From Candidatus Sericytochromatia bacterium (GTDB lineage: Bacteria > Cyanobacteriota > Sericytochromatia > UBA7694): a DNA stretch of 13,591 bases. Made by a program: the position numbers and the translations under genes. This document shows, in pieces, positions 12,942 to 13,591 of the stretch (positions within the stretch are counted from its first letter, which is position 1; the number at the start of each line of letters is the position of its first letter). Location: NCBI GenBank assembly GCA_050248915.1, contig JBFWRL010000156.1, positions 1-13,591 on the forward strand. Direction: 5' to 3'. Under the pieces are notes generated by a model, which ran no database searches, was not told where the DNA came from, and was given only the letters and a program-made list of their open reading frames with translations.

Positions 12942-13591
12942 GGTTCTAAAATCCGAATGCGGTGATTGCCCGTATCTGCCACCAGCAATTGGCCCTGAGG
13001 CCCCAGGGCAATCCCTTTGGGTTGGCTAAAATAGGCGTCGGGGCCGCGCCCATCGGCAAAGCCACCGCCAAAATTGAGGTATTTGCCATTGCCAGCCAGG
13101 GTTTGCAAGCGCGACGTTTGGGGGCTCCATTTGCGAATGCGGTGGTTCCAACTGTCGGCAATAAAGACTTCACCCAAGGGGTTAATGGTCAAACCCTCTG
13201 GCACATAGAGACTGTTGAGATGATCCCGTTGGGGCTCAAAATCGGGCTGTCCTGGCACTTTTTCACCCACCACTGTGGAGACGTGGCCCGTTGGCGAGAT
13301 TTTGCGAATGCGGTGATTCCAACTGTCGGCCACCCAAAGACTGCCATCGGGGTGCAGGGCGACACCTGAGGGTTTATTCAAGCGAGCTGCTGGGCCGATT
13401 GCGTCGCGCCAACCGGCCTCTCCATTGCCCGCCAAAGTCGTGACACTGCCATCTGGCGCAATTTTGCGAATGGCGTGATTGCCCTGATCTGCGACATAGA
13501 CCGTGTTGTCGGGCCCAACGGCCAACCCAAAAGGCAGGTAGAATTGGGCTGCTTTGCCTTTGCCATCTTTCAGGCCGACCTGCCCACTGCC
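12938..13591 (-). CDS. NHL-repeat beta-propeller protein. It is partial here: its N-terminus lies beyond the right window edge.
   Basis: I see four consecutive NHL repeats with the signature (V/I)AD.(G/W)NH(R/A)IRK. at ~45-residue spacing: YVADQGNHAIRKI, WVADSWNHRIRKI, FIADSWNHRIRKW and LVADTGNHRIRIL. Hand translation shows the frame stays open upstream to the window end (GSGQVGLKDGKGKAAQFYLPFGLAVGPDNT...). The start reported by the track is therefore just the first in-window TTG. Confidence 0.8.
   Translation of the reverse strand, partial: GSGQVGLKDGKGKAAQFYLPFGLAVGPDNTVYVADQGNHAIRKIAPDGSVTTLAGNGEAGWRDAIGPAARLNKPSGVALHPDGSLWVADSWNHRIRKISPTGHVSTVVGEKVPGQPDFEPQRDHLNSLYVPEGLTINPLGEVFIADSWNHRIRKWSPQTSRLQTLAGNGKYLNFGGGFADGRGPDAYFSQPKGIALGPQGQLLVADTGNHRIRILEP

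Noticed and set aside
11354-13369. Plus-strand ORFs 11354-11650, 12474-12677, 12817-13029 and 12962-13369, and minus-strand ORFs 11488-11742, 11744-12052 and 12946-13173.
   Set aside because: They are antisense or off-frame relative to the S8 peptidase, which has an intact catalytic triad, and the NHL-repeat gene, which has four regular repeats.

Overview
This window reads as a bacterial chromosomal segment of about 50% GC with Gram-negative-style signals: Shine-Dalgarno sites, lipoprotein lipoboxes, sigma70-like promoters and ATGA start/stop overlaps. I support 12 protein-coding genes and find no rRNA, tRNA, CRISPR or mobile elements.

Left third, minus strand: an MMPL/RND-family transporter (TTG start with a strong SD) is translationally coupled to an IlvA-type threonine ammonia-lyase. 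A signal-peptide protein follows and runs off the left edge.

Centre: a small stand-alone protein built from two tandem MshEN/T2SSE_N (GspE N-terminal) modules that match the published c-di-GMP-binding 24-residue motif pairs. Next comes a Pro/Ser/Thr-rich lipoprotein. The standout is an 813-aa homologue of the eukaryotic major vault protein (MVP). It has its own near-consensus promoter and SD and a strong stem-loop directly after its stop codon. A DUF1963/YwqG-family protein and a translationally coupled 155-aa unknown protein follow it.

Right third: a lipoprotein made of three ~140-aa tandem repeats, each with a conserved Cys pair, then a 22-codon hydrophobic small ORF. Convergent to these, an NHL-repeat protein (partial at the right edge) is translationally coupled to a subtilisin-like S8 peptidase.

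The candidate novel system is a bacterial vault-like particle locus: MVP plus co-transcribed unknown partners, possibly tied to c-di-GMP signalling through the neighbouring MshEN protein. I did this by eye without tools, so manual coordinates may be off by 1-2 nt.
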